A stretch of 64,000 nucleotides of DNA from the human T2T-CHM13v2.0 reference genome, Homo sapiens. A program made the translations under genes and the position numbers. The DNA is taken from the NCBI RefSeq assembly GCF_009914755.1, contig NC_060925.1; one strand, 5' to 3'. Positions 1 to 16,730 of the stretch are shown piece by piece; the first letter of the stretch is position 1; each line of letters starts with the position of its first letter. Under the pieces are notes generated by a model, which was not told where the DNA came from, did no database searches, and worked only from the letters and a program-made list of their open reading frames with translations.

Positions 1-1429
1 GAGGTGGTCAGGCAAAGTTGGATGGAGCAGAGGGCATTCCGACTACCCAGGCTTGCATAGGAAACACCTGGAGGCATGGTGGTCCTGTTGTAAAAGCCCA
101 AATGCTGTTTCAGAGGATGGAGCCAAAAATGAGGCCATGGAGAAGAGCAGGGGTCAGTTGCTGAAGGCCGTATAAGAATGTCAAGAGTTTTGGCTCTCAT
201 GAGGGGACCAGGGCACTAACAGAGAGTTAGAAGTGCCGCATTGCAACAAGCTCAGAGTGACTTGCCATTTAACACTCACTGGGCACATTAATCTCTCTCA
301 GCATTTTAAAGAAATGACTGCATCCCAGTGAAGTGTTAGCTGACTCACAGAGGAGCAAAGGTTTTCTCATTTTACAGGTGAGGAAACTTGAGATACATGG
401 AGGTGCCAAGGCTCATGGAGTTCGTACAGGAACCAAGAGTAGAAGGTGAACAATCAGCAAAGTTTGTGACAGGAGAGGGGAAATGTGATAAGGGCAAAAT
501 TAATGTACCGTCCAAGCTGAACTAAGCTAATGCACAGCATAAATTCTTTGAATGATTTTTTTAAACCAAACTCTTTGCTTGAAACTTAATCAGGAATTTA
601 CTGCGGGACATTGAAGGTCAAGGTTTTAGAGTGCCACTACAAATAGCTCTTATCCTGAGTCCTAGTAATACAGCCAGACTAGGCAGTGTGTCAAAACCAA
701 GAGCTCCCTTTGCTATGTAGAAATGCAGAAGGGAGAGCCCAGGATCACTTGAAACCAGAGGCAGATAGACAGTGGTCTTTCCCCTTGAGTGTACAAAGAG
801 GTAATAACAGGATCCACCTCCTCACATGAGGACATGTGAGTTAATACATGTTGTAGTGTATTGAGCAGAACCTGGCATATGATAAGTGCTTGATTTGTTA
901 GCTGTTCTTTCCTGTGTGTTCCCTTAAAGATACAGGTATACAGTTTGAGAAACATGGTGGTACAGGAGTCTTCTAAAAGCACACAGCTTTTCTGTCATCT
1001 AGCAGTGCTATAATTGTGTAGTCAGGCAAATGGAATCAAGCTTGACAAGGAAGACGCTGTACCAAGTGTCCCTCAATACCCAGCACTTCTTCATCCCAAC
1101 AGCATTCACCATGCACCTCCCAAACATTCACTGGTGTTAATGTGGAAGTGCAGAGCATTGGCTTCTGGTGTGGATCATCAGAAACAGGTGGCCAAATAAA
1201 AATGGACAGAATCTGTCCCATGTGAAGAGGGAGTAAGCTGAAAGTGTGGTGTCCGGAAATTATTGTAAATTTTATTGCATTTGTAATTTCATGTTATATG
1301 TGATTTAATTAAACATATAATATCTAATAAAAGTCCCTGGGAATCCAGATATCTGAGTTACACGTAAAAAGAAGGAAGAAAATATACTTTTTTACTTAAA
1401 AAGCCACCCTTTTCAGTGACTTATGTCAG

Positions 1430-1740
1430 ATTATTATTATTATTATTATTATTATTATTGAGACAGAATGTCGCTCTGTTGCCCAGGCTGGAGTGCAGTG
1501 GTGCAATCTTGATTCACTGTAACCTCCGCCTCCCAGGTTCAAGCGATTCTTGTGCCTCAGCTTCCTGAGTAGCTGAGATTACAGGTGCACTCCACGTGCC
1601 TGGCTAATTTTTGTATTTTTAGTAGAGACAGGGTTTCACCATGTTGGCCAGGCTGGTCTCGAACCCCTGACCTCAAGTGATCCACCCACCTTAGCCTCCC
1701 AAAGTGCTGAGACTACAGGTGTCAGCTTCTGTGCCTGACC
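1430..1740 (-). mobile_element. Alu (AluS-type) with (ATT)n tail
   Basis: Full Alu consensus in reverse; tail decayed to an ATT microsatellite; target-site duplication ACTTATGTCAG at 1419-1429 and 1742-1752. Confidence 0.95.
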
Positions 1741-3891
1741 AACTTATGTCAGTTTAACAGGTCCATGCTGTCTGCCCTTCATTTTCTGACTAATCCTTTA
1801 TAGCAATCTCTGAACCATCAATTCAATGAGGCATTAAGAAATAAGAGACTTCACCATTTTGTAGAAGCCTTTGGCATTTAGATGGGCTCTCCAGGGTGTA
1901 ACTCACACAAAAACAACACAGATTAATATGAAACATGTTATAAATGGAAACAAACAAACATACACACAAATGTATATACCAGATGACATTCCAGAATAGG
2001 CAAAATGAAACTATTTTGGTAAAAATCAGAAGAGGGGCTGTTTGGGGTGTGTGTGGACGAGGGATTGTCTAAGAAGGGGTACAAGGAAACATTCCTGGGT
2101 GATAAAAATGCTGTATTGATATGCATTTGTCAAAACGAATTGAGGGGTAGGTATCCTTTATTTTAAAAAGTGGCTATCTCAGTAGGGTTGCTATGTGGAT
2201 CAGCTGAGATAATGCCTGTAATGCGTTAAGCATACAGCCTGATGCATAATAAACGCATTTTCCCAAGCAATATTAGAAGCATCTGGTTCCAAAATAGAAA
2301 CCATAATAAGCTAAAGAGAAACAGGTATTGTAAAAGTTATCTATCTGTTTAAAACTTCTCCTGAAATCCCAAAGAGTAGAGTTATTATGAAAGCAACTGG
2401 GCGGAGAAAAAAGAGCTTCAAAGGAAATGAATTAAGGGGAGCAGGAAGAAGGAAAATAGCCTCTCTCAAAGAGATAGGAAGAAAGGGAAGATTAATTTTC
2501 TTTCTAACTTAAAATTGTCTTTTGTTTGTATAATTAAACTACTGCTTATTTGTAAAACCTAGTAGATAGGCAAAATGTGCATGTTCTAAGTTTGCAATTT
2601 AACAAAACATGTTTTAAATAAAGCAAGAAAAGCATTAATTATAAGTTGTTGTTTTTAATTGCAGGAGGAGACCATGAGGTAATTTAGTAAAGTGTTTCAG
2701 TCTTCTAAAAAGGGCTCAAGGCTTAAATTCATGAGTAGATTAAAAGTAATTTATAACCATATAAACCTACACAGATGCCTAGATACTCTTGAACCCAGAG
2801 ACCACTGGAACAATTCAAACCTTCTGGCACAGAGGAGAACTAAGTTAGCCTTTATAATGTGGAAAGGAAACTTGAGAATGTTTGCCTCACCCAAAAAGAA
2901 GTGAGATTAGAGCAAAAGTGCAAATTTCTGCCATATTCCTTGGTGTAAAAGTGGTTTTGAAATGTAATTTGAAATAAACTCATGGAGCTCTTTATTTCTA
3001 AACCCTGTGCAACGTCTGCCTATGTCCCTTCTTCCTACTTTTGTTTTCTTTAGTTTTTGCAGGAAGATTTACACAAATGGGCTCCCCAAGGTATACCCAA
3101 GACTAGTCCTGGCTCTGAACCAACTATGGGTTGGTATTAATTTATTGTCTTGCCAACTAGTCCTGGGACAAAGGGTGTCATCATAGGCACATAAGGTGTT
3201 CCCTAACCCATCCAGGCATGGATTGCATGCAAAGGCGGAGCCTCTGCAAAGCAGAGTGACAGTAGCAGGCAGCAGGCAGACCAGCCACACACAGCCGCCA
3301 TCAATTGTAAATGAGATGGTGCTCCTTGTGTCAAATATCTGATGGGTACACTGCTGAGCTGTAAACTTGACTTGTTCTACAAGTGGGAACTCTGTGACAA
3401 AGATGAGTCATTCCACTTACACAAAATATAATGGTTTGTAGACCCTGCGTCTGTCTTTCCTGGCCTGTCCTGGTAGTGGACTTGCTAAAATGACTATTTG
3501 TTGGCCCTTGATGGTTAGACACAGAGGAGGTGGTGGTGAAATGTTCTTTAGGCGAGAATGGCAGTTGGAACTGTTGTGATGGAACTGGATTCCCTGAATT
3601 CACTGAGGATGATGGGATCCTGGTGGATCAGTGAATCAAGCTGAAGCTCTGAATCTCAGACGAGGACAGGTGGTGATGGGGAGCAGAGCCCAAGCAGCCA
3701 CCAGAGTAGTCTAACCTGTAGTGTCTTTGGTGTTGATCGTGGTGTCCTTGAAACTGAAGTAGTTGAGCAGCTTACTGAAATCTTCACCTGTATAGGCAAG
3801 AAAGCTTTACATCTGGGGAATAGAAGTCTAAATTGGGTCACCATGATAGACTGTTGCAACCTCTTGTCTAACTGTCAGACTCGAGTCAATT

Positions 3892-4055
3892 CAGGGCCTG
3901 GACTAGAGTGAGGCAAGAAGGCATCTGGGGTGCAAAACTTCAGAAGGCGCCCACTCCCAGGGTCATGCAGGTGCCCACAGGCAGGTGCCAACAGTAATCA
4001 TCTCCTTAAGTTGTGTGCAAGAGTCCCTCTCTTACCTTACCCTAGTCCCAGGCCG
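3892..4055. mobile_element. Short non-autonomous hAT DNA transposon (MER96-like)
   Basis: Imperfect terminal inverted repeats CAGGGCCTGGACTAGAGTGAGG ... CCTTACCCTAGTCCCAGGCCG; about 165 bp; inserted inside the ERVL remnant. Confidence 0.6.
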
Positions 4056-5037
4056 AACAGAGCCCCTTGAATGAAAGAGAGGTCAAGCCTTCTGGAGGAA
4101 GTCCTGCTTTATGGCAGAAATTTACACTAAATCTCCCTCCTAGCCTCCTTCAAAAGAACCTAGGGCCATTTACAAGAGTGACTATGTGTTGAGGAAGGGT
4201 AAATAATCAAACTTTTCAGGGAATACTGAACACGGGCTCTAAATGGAAATTAATTTCTGGAGCAAAAACATTACTCGTAAGAAGAGGGGCTTGTGAAGGT
4301 CAGGTGATCAATTACAATTCTATGTAAGTCCATTTCATCATAGACTTGGTCAGACCCATCCTTTGGTGATTTCCCCAGTTCAGACTGCAAAACTGGGATA
4401 CATATACTCTGCAACTGGCAAAACCCTGACATGGGTTCCGTGACCTGTGAAGTGGAGATGCTATGGTAGGAAAGACCAAAAGACAGCCACTAAAGCTGCC
4501 TCTACTTAGCAAGTAGTCAACTAACAGCAAAGCTACATTTCTGGAGGAATTTTAAGATTCATGCCACCTAATCAGGGACTTGAAAGATGGAAGATAGTGA
4601 TTCCTACCATGTTCCATTCCACTCCCCTATTTGACCTATACAGAAAACAGGTGAATCTGTGAGAACGACAGTGATTATTGCAAATCTCATTATACTATGA
4701 CTTCAAGTGCAGGTATTATTCCAAATGTAGTTTTATTGCCATATCAAATCAATACTTCCCTAGCAAGTGTATACAGGCATTGATCTGACAAGTGCTTTTT
4801 TCTCTACACCTGTTATCAAGGACCATAAAAGCCATTTTCTTTCAACTAGCATGGTCAGAAACATACCTTCACTATCCTATCTCACAGCTATATCCACTCT
4901 CTAGTCCTGTGTCATATTTTAGTCCTCAGGGAACTTTATCAACTTTCCATTCCACAGGACAACAAGCTGGCCCATTACATTGGTAATATCATGCTGATTT
5001 TTCCCGGGTGAACAGAAAGTGAACAGAAAGCAACAAC

Positions 5038-6097
<1,060 letters not shown>

Positions 6098-6496
6098 TAG
6101 ATGGGACCAAAAACACTATCCATGGAATTATAGAAAGGTTTATTCACCATCATTCTGTTATTTTACACAGCACAGCTCCTGACTATAGGATTCACTTTTC
6201 AGGACATGAAATGAGGCAAATAGATTCCTGCCTCTAGAATCCCTCATCTTAATGTGTTTGAAGCCCTTGGCTTCACAAAACAATGAAATGCCTTTTGGAA
6301 ACTCAGTAGGATGGCATACAGTGTGGCATATATAGATGGCATATATATTTAGAACATAATATATGTTCTAAATCAGTGACCATCATATTGTTATTTTTCC
6401 CATAGCCAGAATTCCTGGGGCTGGAAATCAAGGGTGGAAATGGGAGTGACTTTTCTCACTCTTATTCCTAGTAAAATATTTTTTCTTCCGTCTCTA

Positions 6497-6768
<272 letters not shown>

Positions 6769-6774
6769 AACTAA

Positions 6775-7566
<792 letters not shown>

Positions 7567-8420
7567 TAAGACTTAAAGGCAGCAGTAGAGGAGCAGCTGT
7601 GTGTTTCGCCCTTGGAGAGCCAGTTCAATCCCAGGGGCCTGGGGCAGCTCTGCATGTCTTTACTGATCAACCAACCAGCTCTCTTGTTGCTGTGGGGACA
7701 CCTGGACTCTTGGCTCCTCCTTCAGCTCCTCCAGGCCCTGGGCCCATGTGTGTAGCTTTGAGGCAAAGGTGCCAGAATCTCCCAAAGGCCACCCACATCA
7801 CCGAGGCAGGAGATGGTGTGAAACAGGCTCCAGTCTGTCCTTGTCCTCATTGTCTCTAACAGTTTCCCTTCCCAACTGCAGTTTGATGGACCTTTAGGGA
7901 CAGCAGGCTCCACACTGGACACAAGAGGCAAGCTGGCCCCACCAGCTCCCACAACTGTGTAAGGATGAACCTTATGATAAATGCCTGACTCCCTCACCCA
8001 GAAACTCAGTTTCTCTGATCAAAGTATATCTGGCACAGAAGGCAAGACTATTAGTGGAGTCATCTTTAAATAGAGAGAATTTCTTAAGAGAGGAAATGGA
8101 CTTGAAGGAGCCAGAGAAGTAACCCGTGTGGCAGTGAGAGGTTTTTCAACGCCACGGAGGCAGAGCATTGGCTAAGCTCCTTCGCCTGGGCAGGCCCCTC
8201 AGCGAGAGTGAGTGAGAGTGTCTGTCCATGGATGTGTGAATGAGTGAAGGGCCATTTACACAAGAGAGTAGGAAGGCCATCTGGCTCTGACCTCAAATGC
8301 TCTCCCAACACACAATCACAGCAATCACACAATGACAGGAACTGAAGATGAAGACAGATATCATACAACTTTAACTCAGAACAAGCTACTTGAAATCATT
8401 ACCAGATCACATCACTCATG

Positions 8421-8767
8421 GTGATGGTTAATTGTATGTGTCAACTTGGCTGGGCCAAGGTGCTCAGATATTTAGCCAAACGTTTTCCTGAAAGTTTCGG
8501 TGTGGGTGTTTTTGGATGAGATTCACATTTAAATTGGTGGACTTTGAGTAAAACAGATTGCCCTTCATAATGCGGGTAGGCTTCATTCAATCAGTTGAAA
8601 GCCTGAATAGAAGGAAGACTTACCTCCTCGTTCAAGAAGAAATTATCTAGCCTAACGGCCTACTCTGCAGATTTTGTGTGGGCCAATTTCTTAAAGCAAA
8701 TCTCTCTCTCTCTCTCTCTCTCCCCATCCTATCAGTTCTGCTTCTCAGGAGAACCCTGACTAATGCA
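8421..8767 (+). mobile_element. MLT2-type (ERVL) LTR
   Basis: Starts GTGATGGTTAATTGTATGTGTCAACTTGGCTGGGCC, has an internal (TC)n tract, ends GGAGAACCCTGACTAATGCA, all typical of MLT2. Confidence 0.8.
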
Positions 8768-8866
8768 CTCAGTAAGCTATAAATTAAATTTTGAATAATT
8801 GTTGCAATCATTTTGTGAAAAGCATAGTTATATGGGATCCCATTTCTGTTTTAAATTTTAATTTGG

Positions 8867-9181
8867 GGCCGAGGGTGGTGGCTCACGCCTGTAATACCAG
8901 CACTTTGGGAGATGAGGTGGGTGGATCACTTGAGGTCAGGAGTTCAAGAGGAGCCTGGCCAACATGGTGAAACCCCATCTCTATTAAAAATACAAAAATC
9001 ATCCAGGCATGGAGGTGGGCACCTATTATCCCAGCTATTCAGGAGGCTGAGGCAGGAGAATTGCTTGAACACGGGAGGCAGAGGTTGCAGTGAGCCGAGA
9101 TGGCGCCATGGCACTACAGCCTGGGCAACAGAGCAAGACTCCATCTAAAAATAAATAAATAAATAAATAAAATAAAATAAA
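8867..9181 (+). mobile_element. Alu (AluS-type) with (AAAT)n tail
   Basis: Full dimeric Alu consensus. Confidence 0.95.
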
Positions 9182-11499
9182 TTTTAAACTGTTAAAGGTA
9201 ATTTTAAAAAAATTACACAATATTTTATAATCCTCTTCTACTACCCTTCCTTTAGCTCACTCTGATCCAGCTATACTAGCTTCCTTCCCATTCCTTAAAT
9301 ATACCTCAAAGACCTTGCATTTGCTATTCCTTCTGTTGGGAATACTGTTCCCTCAGCTTACTGCATGATTTGCTCCCTTGCTTTCTTCAGAACTTCAGTC
9401 AACTGTATTTGCAGTGAAGCTTTTCCTCCCCTCGACTCATCTTAAGCAGAGCTGCAGATGTGGTGCAGTCCGTGCATGCACATCTGTGCATGAGAGAAGG
9501 TCTCCTCTCAGCTCACCCAGCATCTCCTGTGCCACACGCAGACTTTCAGCTGCTTTCCCAATTCAGTGCACAGAGCCCACATAAAGGGTTATGGCTATGC
9601 CTTTTCTTTAGTGACAGCCATTTTCAGGGCAATTACTGATCCGCAGTGGTAATGGATCTAAAGATGCCTCGATACATTTGAATTTCAGCAAAGCACTCGG
9701 TAGTCACATAGGGAAATGAAATCAAATCAAGTTATGCATTAGAACAGGCCAGAAGATGTCCTTCCTTCACCCGATACAATGCATGTGTAGGGCATGAGTG
9801 TCCTTATTCCTGGCCATGCCTGAATCCCACAACATAATGTGTTTGTGTGTGTGTGCGTAGAAGTGGGGGTGTATATGTGCATATTTTCAAAAATGTTATT
9901 TATAATTTGGAAGACACTACATACAGAAAAGTATTGTGATGAAATTTAACTCATTTTCCCACAATTCACCCACATGACCATTACTCTTTCTGATGACTTT
10001 TTTCTGATTATTTTATGCAGCTGTTTTAAATTTTATTTTTATACACTTGTAATTACATTGCACATGTAATATCCTATGCTGTTTCGTGTACTCCACATTA
10101 TTTCATAAGCATCTTTCCATCCTATCAGTTAGACTTTTTTTCTGATTGCCAAGGACTCTAATGATACTGAGACTTTATAATTTCATATGCCCCAAGGCAG
10201 GGCTGGCTTTGGGTGAGAGTAATTCGGTGGCTCAAACAATTACAAGGAACTTGGCTCCCTTTGTCTCTCTGCTCTGGCTGGACATGTGCTATCTGGCACA
10301 GAAAGAGGCAAACTCTGTCTCCTATTCATAAGGTGGGCAATTCCCCAAACATAGGAAAGAGTTTAGATGCTTGGCGGCTAAAATGAATGTTAAATTTGTA
10401 CTATGATATTTCATAAGACTATTGTGAAATGTTGAATGAGACAATATGTGTACATGCTCAGCACAGTGTGTGGCATGTAGGAAGTGAGCCTGATAAACTT
10501 TCAGTTTTTTGATAATGATGATAAGAGAAGGAGAAGCTGCTACTTGAGGATGATGAAACTCTACAAGCCTCACTTGTATCTCGACACATCAGGGAGAGGC
10601 AACAAGCACTTAGGCTCAGGAGCAGGTCACTGGGTCAATTTAGAAGGAATACAGGAACAGAGGGAGAAGCTAAACAATGCCGTGGTGATATAAACACCAA
10701 AAACTGTGTGTTCGTATCTGCTGTGAAAACCGTACAGGACAAACCACTGGTTTCTTTAACAAAGAAACTAAGGAAAAAAGATCAGATGAAGGAGGTCTTT
10801 TATATTAACGGGATACAAAATGCATCACCAACTTGCAATGTATGAACCTTAAGCAGATCTAACTCAGTGCACAAGGGTCCTAATTGCTCCATATCCTCAT
10901 CAACACTTGTTATTTTCTGGGTTTTGTTTGTTTGTTTTGATAGTAGCCACCCTAGTGGGTGTGAGGTATCCATAGTGTTGATTTTTATACAGATTTTACT
11001 TGTATCATTAACTAATTGTGTTATGTGCATTGATGTGTTTTTAAAATTAGATTATAAGTATTTTTAGGGCAAAGACCCTGTTGTATACGTCTTTTATTAC
11101 CCAAAAATGCCTAATAAGCACTCTGTACTTACTAGAGGTGATCGGTATGATTGTTGACACTGCAATTCTATCTGTTCAGAGTGCTAGTGTGTGCAGTAGA
11201 CTGCTACTATACGTTTGTAATTTTTTCCCCCAAAGACCTTTAACACAAAGGAGGAGTTCAAAAATGTTCCACTGAAAAATGAACTACGGAGTTTAGAAAT
11301 TCATTTAATTAGCAAGCATTAATTGAACATCTAGATACTGGGAATTGAGTAGTGAATAAACCTCATTTAGTTCCTCTCTCATGAAGGTTTTTTCATTTTA
11401 GCAGAAGTGGAAGTCATTAAATAAATTTAAACAACTCATCATTCAATTACAATCATAAGTGAAATGAACTAGAAGTTCAGAAGGCTACAGGACGCTTGG

Positions 11500-12211
<712 letters not shown>

Positions 12212-13826
12212 CTTGGTGTGTTCTAGGGGGTCAGGAATGATAAATACATGTTAGCTAGGGGAAGATGATATGGGAGAGAGCCTTTAAAGTGGCAGAAACA
12301 GCATGTGCAAAGGCCCTGTGACAGAGAGGAGTGTGGTCCCCTTGGGCATATGAGAATAGTTTGCATCTCCCCCATATGGAGCAGGAGCTCTAGGAAAGTC
12401 AAAGATTGGCCTATTGCTCCCATACAACAATGCCATCACCTCTATTCTCGTGCACTAAGGTTGTATGGAGACATTCTTAGCACCTTGCTAGACTGCTTCC
12501 AAGCACGACACCCAGCAGCCAACTATCCTTAGATCTTCAAATGTAAGGGTTCGTGGGGCAGTGAACAGGGTGAGGCACCAGTTATCTTCTTTTCCCAGCA
12601 AAGCTTTATGCTACTCTTGCCTCAGCTTGGACTCTGCTTATGAAATAAGGTGAGGGGTCAGGAGGTTGGGATCTCACGATGGGACAGGTCATTAAATAAG
12701 TGACAGACACTTGATTTCTATCTATCTGTCCACACTGGGGTGATAGAAATGAAAAATCTAGAATCCCTGTTTCACTAGCAGTGAACCTGCCCTAAAATGC
12801 CACAAGTTATTTATTAGTTAGATGCAAATCAATGTTTCACATATCCACACCACAGGTTTTGAGCCCACACATGGTGTTAAGAGGGGATGATGAAATTCAA
12901 CCCAGGAGAAGAGTCAGTGCACATTGCCCCCTCTGGGAAGACTGATGATATACAATAAAAGGAAAAAGAAATGATTCCTAAAGTTCTCCCTTAATTTTCA
13001 GTCACAAAGCCTTTATCCACTTGTTGGGCAGATGGAGCTGAAACCATTCCCTTAACCAGGAATATACGAGAGGGCAAGTGAGGCTGTGTGGGGTGCCAAT
13101 GTTGCTGTGGGGATGCACACAGCTAATTAAAACCACAGCCCACTTTCCCCTCACAGCACTCTGCAAACAATGTTGGTGATGATGCAGTCTGACCAAGTTA
13201 AAAAGCAATTAGTTTCCCCTGCAGAGGATTTACAGGGCAAGACAATGCACCTTGAATAAATACCATTGAGTTTACACCTACATCTGAAGACGGATACTTC
13301 ATGATGTAGCAGATTCGGCTTCAGCGCAAGGACAATGACAGGCTCCCTCCAAGGACCTGCAGCCTCACACCCAAAGTGACTTGGGGGTGAGATGGTGAGC
13401 CTGCTTAGCCCCCTCGATTACAGATTGACCCAGGATTCTTGAAGTTGGCTTGCGTATGAGGACATATGTGATAGTAATCATTATTCTAGAAAGTCCTGGG
13501 GAGAATGAGATTAAAATCAGGCAGAGAGGGTCCTCCATTATTTCTGTTCTCATAGCTATTATAAGAACTATTTTAGAACTCTTATCACACCATGATATAA
13601 TTCGTTCTCCTAGAAGAAGGAAGAGCAACCAGTGGACCATGTCTGCAGTCCTTGTGTGACCCTTCTTGTTTTGTGATATTGCCCTCAATTAGTTTTCTGG
13701 ACAAAAGTTAAAAAGCTGCAACCATGAACAGAAGTACAGTGTAGAGGATGAGAGAAAAGATTCTGGTGCTCAAATTCCTGGGTTTGAAGCAAATGTCAAA
13801 CACATACACACACACACACACGCATA

Positions 13827-14350
13827 TAGTCATGTACTGCATAATGGCATTTTGGCCAATGACAGACTACATATACAAGGGTGATTGGGCATGGTGGCTC
13901 ATGCCTGTAACCCCAGCACTTTGGGAGGCTGAGATGGGAGGATCTCTTGAGCCCAGGAGTTCAAGACCAGCCTAGGCAGCATGGTGAGACCCTGTCTCTA
14001 GTTTTTTTTTAAAAAAGATCACCATACTGTGTTTTTGGCATATCTTTTTGTATTTAAATATATTTAGATATACAAATACTTAACATTGTGCTATAATTGC
14101 CCATAGTATTCAGTACAGTAACATGCTGTGCAAGTTTGTAGCCCAGGAGCAATAGGCATAGCCTATATCCTGTACCCTGTGGCCTAGCAATAGGCTATAC
14201 CCTATAGTCTATTACATCCATAGGTGTAATAGGCTATAACACCTAGGTTTGTACAAATAGACTCTACCATGTTTGCACAGCAACAAAATCACCAAAGGAC
14301 ACATTTTTCAGAATGTATCCCTGTTGCGAAGCAATGCTTTGTGACGGTGT
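13827..14350 (+). mobile_element. Tigger3/MER7-type DNA transposon with nested FLAM-type Alu monomer (13885-14015)
   Basis: Ends resemble Tigger3 termini (TAGTCATGTACTGCATAATGGCATTTTGG ... CAGAATGTATCCCTGTTG); Alu monomer consensus inside. Confidence 0.7.
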
Positions 14351-14880
14351 ATGTAAATGCTTGTGCATGGATGGATGGATGAGTGAATGGATACAGCCTG
14401 CATCGCTGTGAATGGATACATGGACAAGTCCTTTAATCTCTCTGTACCCTGGTCTCTCCATATATAAAATGAAGAAGTGTTGTGATGATTAAAAAAGTCA
14501 ATAGAAGTTACAATGCTTTTAGAACAGAGCCTGGCACTTAGTAATCTCAATGTGAATGTTAGCTATTATCATTTGTTAAATACTTGAAAGTATTAAAAGG
14601 TGGGTGGTTAAAATGCAACAGCAACTCTCTTGCTACACACTTATTCAATAAGGTAGGTAATCTAAAAGGGTGGGAAAATAACTCTTTACCGTGGAGCTCA
14701 ACTAAAGATATTCTCTTTTGGAATAATAAAAAAAATGGCAGCTCTTGGACATTTACATTTTATTTCAAAAATGGGCCTCAGGTATAAAAGGCAGTGTTGT
14801 TTTGTTTGTTTTTACTGTCTTAGTCTTCTCATTACAGAAGCTTTGGTCTCTACTATTTACCACAGTATCCAGAGCAAAAT

Positions 14881-15012
14881 AGGAGAAGGAAGGAAGGGAG
14901 GGAGGGAGGGAGGGAGGGAGGGAGGGAAGGAGAAAGGAAGGAATAAAAGGATGGAAAGAAAGAAGAGAGGGAAGGAGGCAGGGAGAAAAGGAGAGAGGGA
15001 GGAAAGGAGATA
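14881..15012 (+). repeat. Polypurine low-complexity tract with (GGGA)8 core
   Basis: Almost exclusively A/G; eight GGGA units at 14896-14927. Confidence 0.95.
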
Positions 15013-16157
15013 GGTATATTCAATATCCAGCTCTCTTTAGATCAGCTGTTGAATATTCATTAGACGCAGTGATTTTTTTTTTATCTCTACTCATCAGAGG
15101 CAGATTCAAACCAGAACAAGTGCCATGTTATTTTGCAAACAATAGATTCTCCACTGATGGGATCCAAGTGGAACGAATGAAAATGAACCTGAACAAAACG
15201 TAGCTGCACAGTGTCAGGATTCCTCATGACTATAAAGCCAAACAGAAGCTGTGCCAACAGGCCTCCTTTTCTCCTGTACTTCTCGGCTTGTCCTTCACAG
15301 CTCACCCTTATCTTTGTTTCCTGCCATTATTTGTTATGAGGTTAACGAGAATGTCCTTCATTTTGGCTGGTTCACCATTCTTGTGGACACTTGCAGTGAC
15401 GCTGATCGACTGTCATCTGCAAGGGTTTTCTGCATCTGCTCTGATAATGGGCCTGCTTTTTAAAAAGTACACACAACACAGCCAAAGGAGTGCGCTCAGA
15501 GTGTGGCCCAGGGCAAGGAACACTGACCATAGTCAGAAAAGTGTCTTTTATTTTCACTTATCTTCCTGGTCTTTACTATGAGCCAAAGCTTCCACAAAAC
15601 TCCATTTTCCCCATCCCTGTACCACAACACAGTATGTGTGAGTGTGAAGCAACTGGTCAAATAAAGTGGGATGTATAAAAATATTTCCCAAACCTGTAAA
15701 CCTCCATGCATGTGCTTGCATGCGCACACACACATCCGCACAATTATTACTCCTGTTACCTTGGAAGGCACCACATCTTATAGTAGATGCTAAAAGTGAG
15801 TTAGCATCTACTATTAGAGGCTAAGCGTGAGTTCACGTCTCACCCTTAGCACCTAATACTTCTCTGACTTTTTGGGCAGGATACTCAGTTTTTCCAAGGC
15901 TTCACTTATTTATTTATAGAGAGGAGTTTAGGGGGAATTTCCCCTGCAAGGTTTATAAGAATTCAGCAGGTTAAAATACATAAAGTGCTTCCTTTGTGGG
16001 AGGTCTATTTTAAGGTGTAGTAGTTTTAAAACATGTTCACAAATTCTTTGATAGTCATCACGTGCCAGAGCCTGCGGCTGTGCTTGGCTTGGAAAGGTCT
16101 CCAGTGGGGGTGCAGTTGTGTAGGTGGGATATTAGATTCTTATTGTTGCATCACCAA

Positions 16158-16730
16158 TGTGAAATAAAGCTGTAAATAAGACCCCAAGCTCTCCAGATGA
16201 CGTCGGCTTCCTGTGGCTGATAGAGACGCCCACATTTGTAAAACAGAACCAAATGGCCATAGCAGGGTGAGAGAAGAGAGGTCACACACTCCTGTGTTCT
16301 CGGAAAGGCAGCTCTTGAAAAACATCCCACTTTCCACCCCTGAGCCAGAACGGTTCCTGTAATCAAAGCAAGATAAACTGTGGCCCAAATGCCCCCTCCC
16401 CCCAGTCACTGAACCCTAACGTTTAGAAGAAACATCTGTCAGAGACTTCTGGTTTCAGGCTTGAAAACCACCCAATCAGGCCTCAACTATTTCCAACAGT
16501 TGGAACTGAGCAAATCTGAATCCTTCATTTGCATAAACAGACTTGATTGAGAACCGAGGCAGGAAACTTTTCTGATGAAGTCGGACCCTTCCTTTGTTTG
16601 TGGAAGGGCATACTTTCACTTGAATTAAAGGCTGTGCTTCCCCCAACCTTCAGAGTGTTTTTTATTTTTTTTTAATGGAAAATGAAACTCTCACTTTTTC
16701 CTCTGAAGATCTCATGGTCTTTTGTTAACA
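16158..16730 (+). mobile_element. Probable solo LTR (family undetermined) inserted into an MLT1 element
   Basis: TG...CA ends (TGTGAAATAAAG ... TTTTGTTAACA); MLT1-like sequence continues on both sides. Confidence 0.5.

Noticed and set aside
13000-15470. Possible processed pseudogene or ncRNA in non-repeat intergenic patches
   Set aside because: No recognisable homology, poly-A/TSD signature or RNA-gene motifs by eye; BLAST or Infernal searches would be needed
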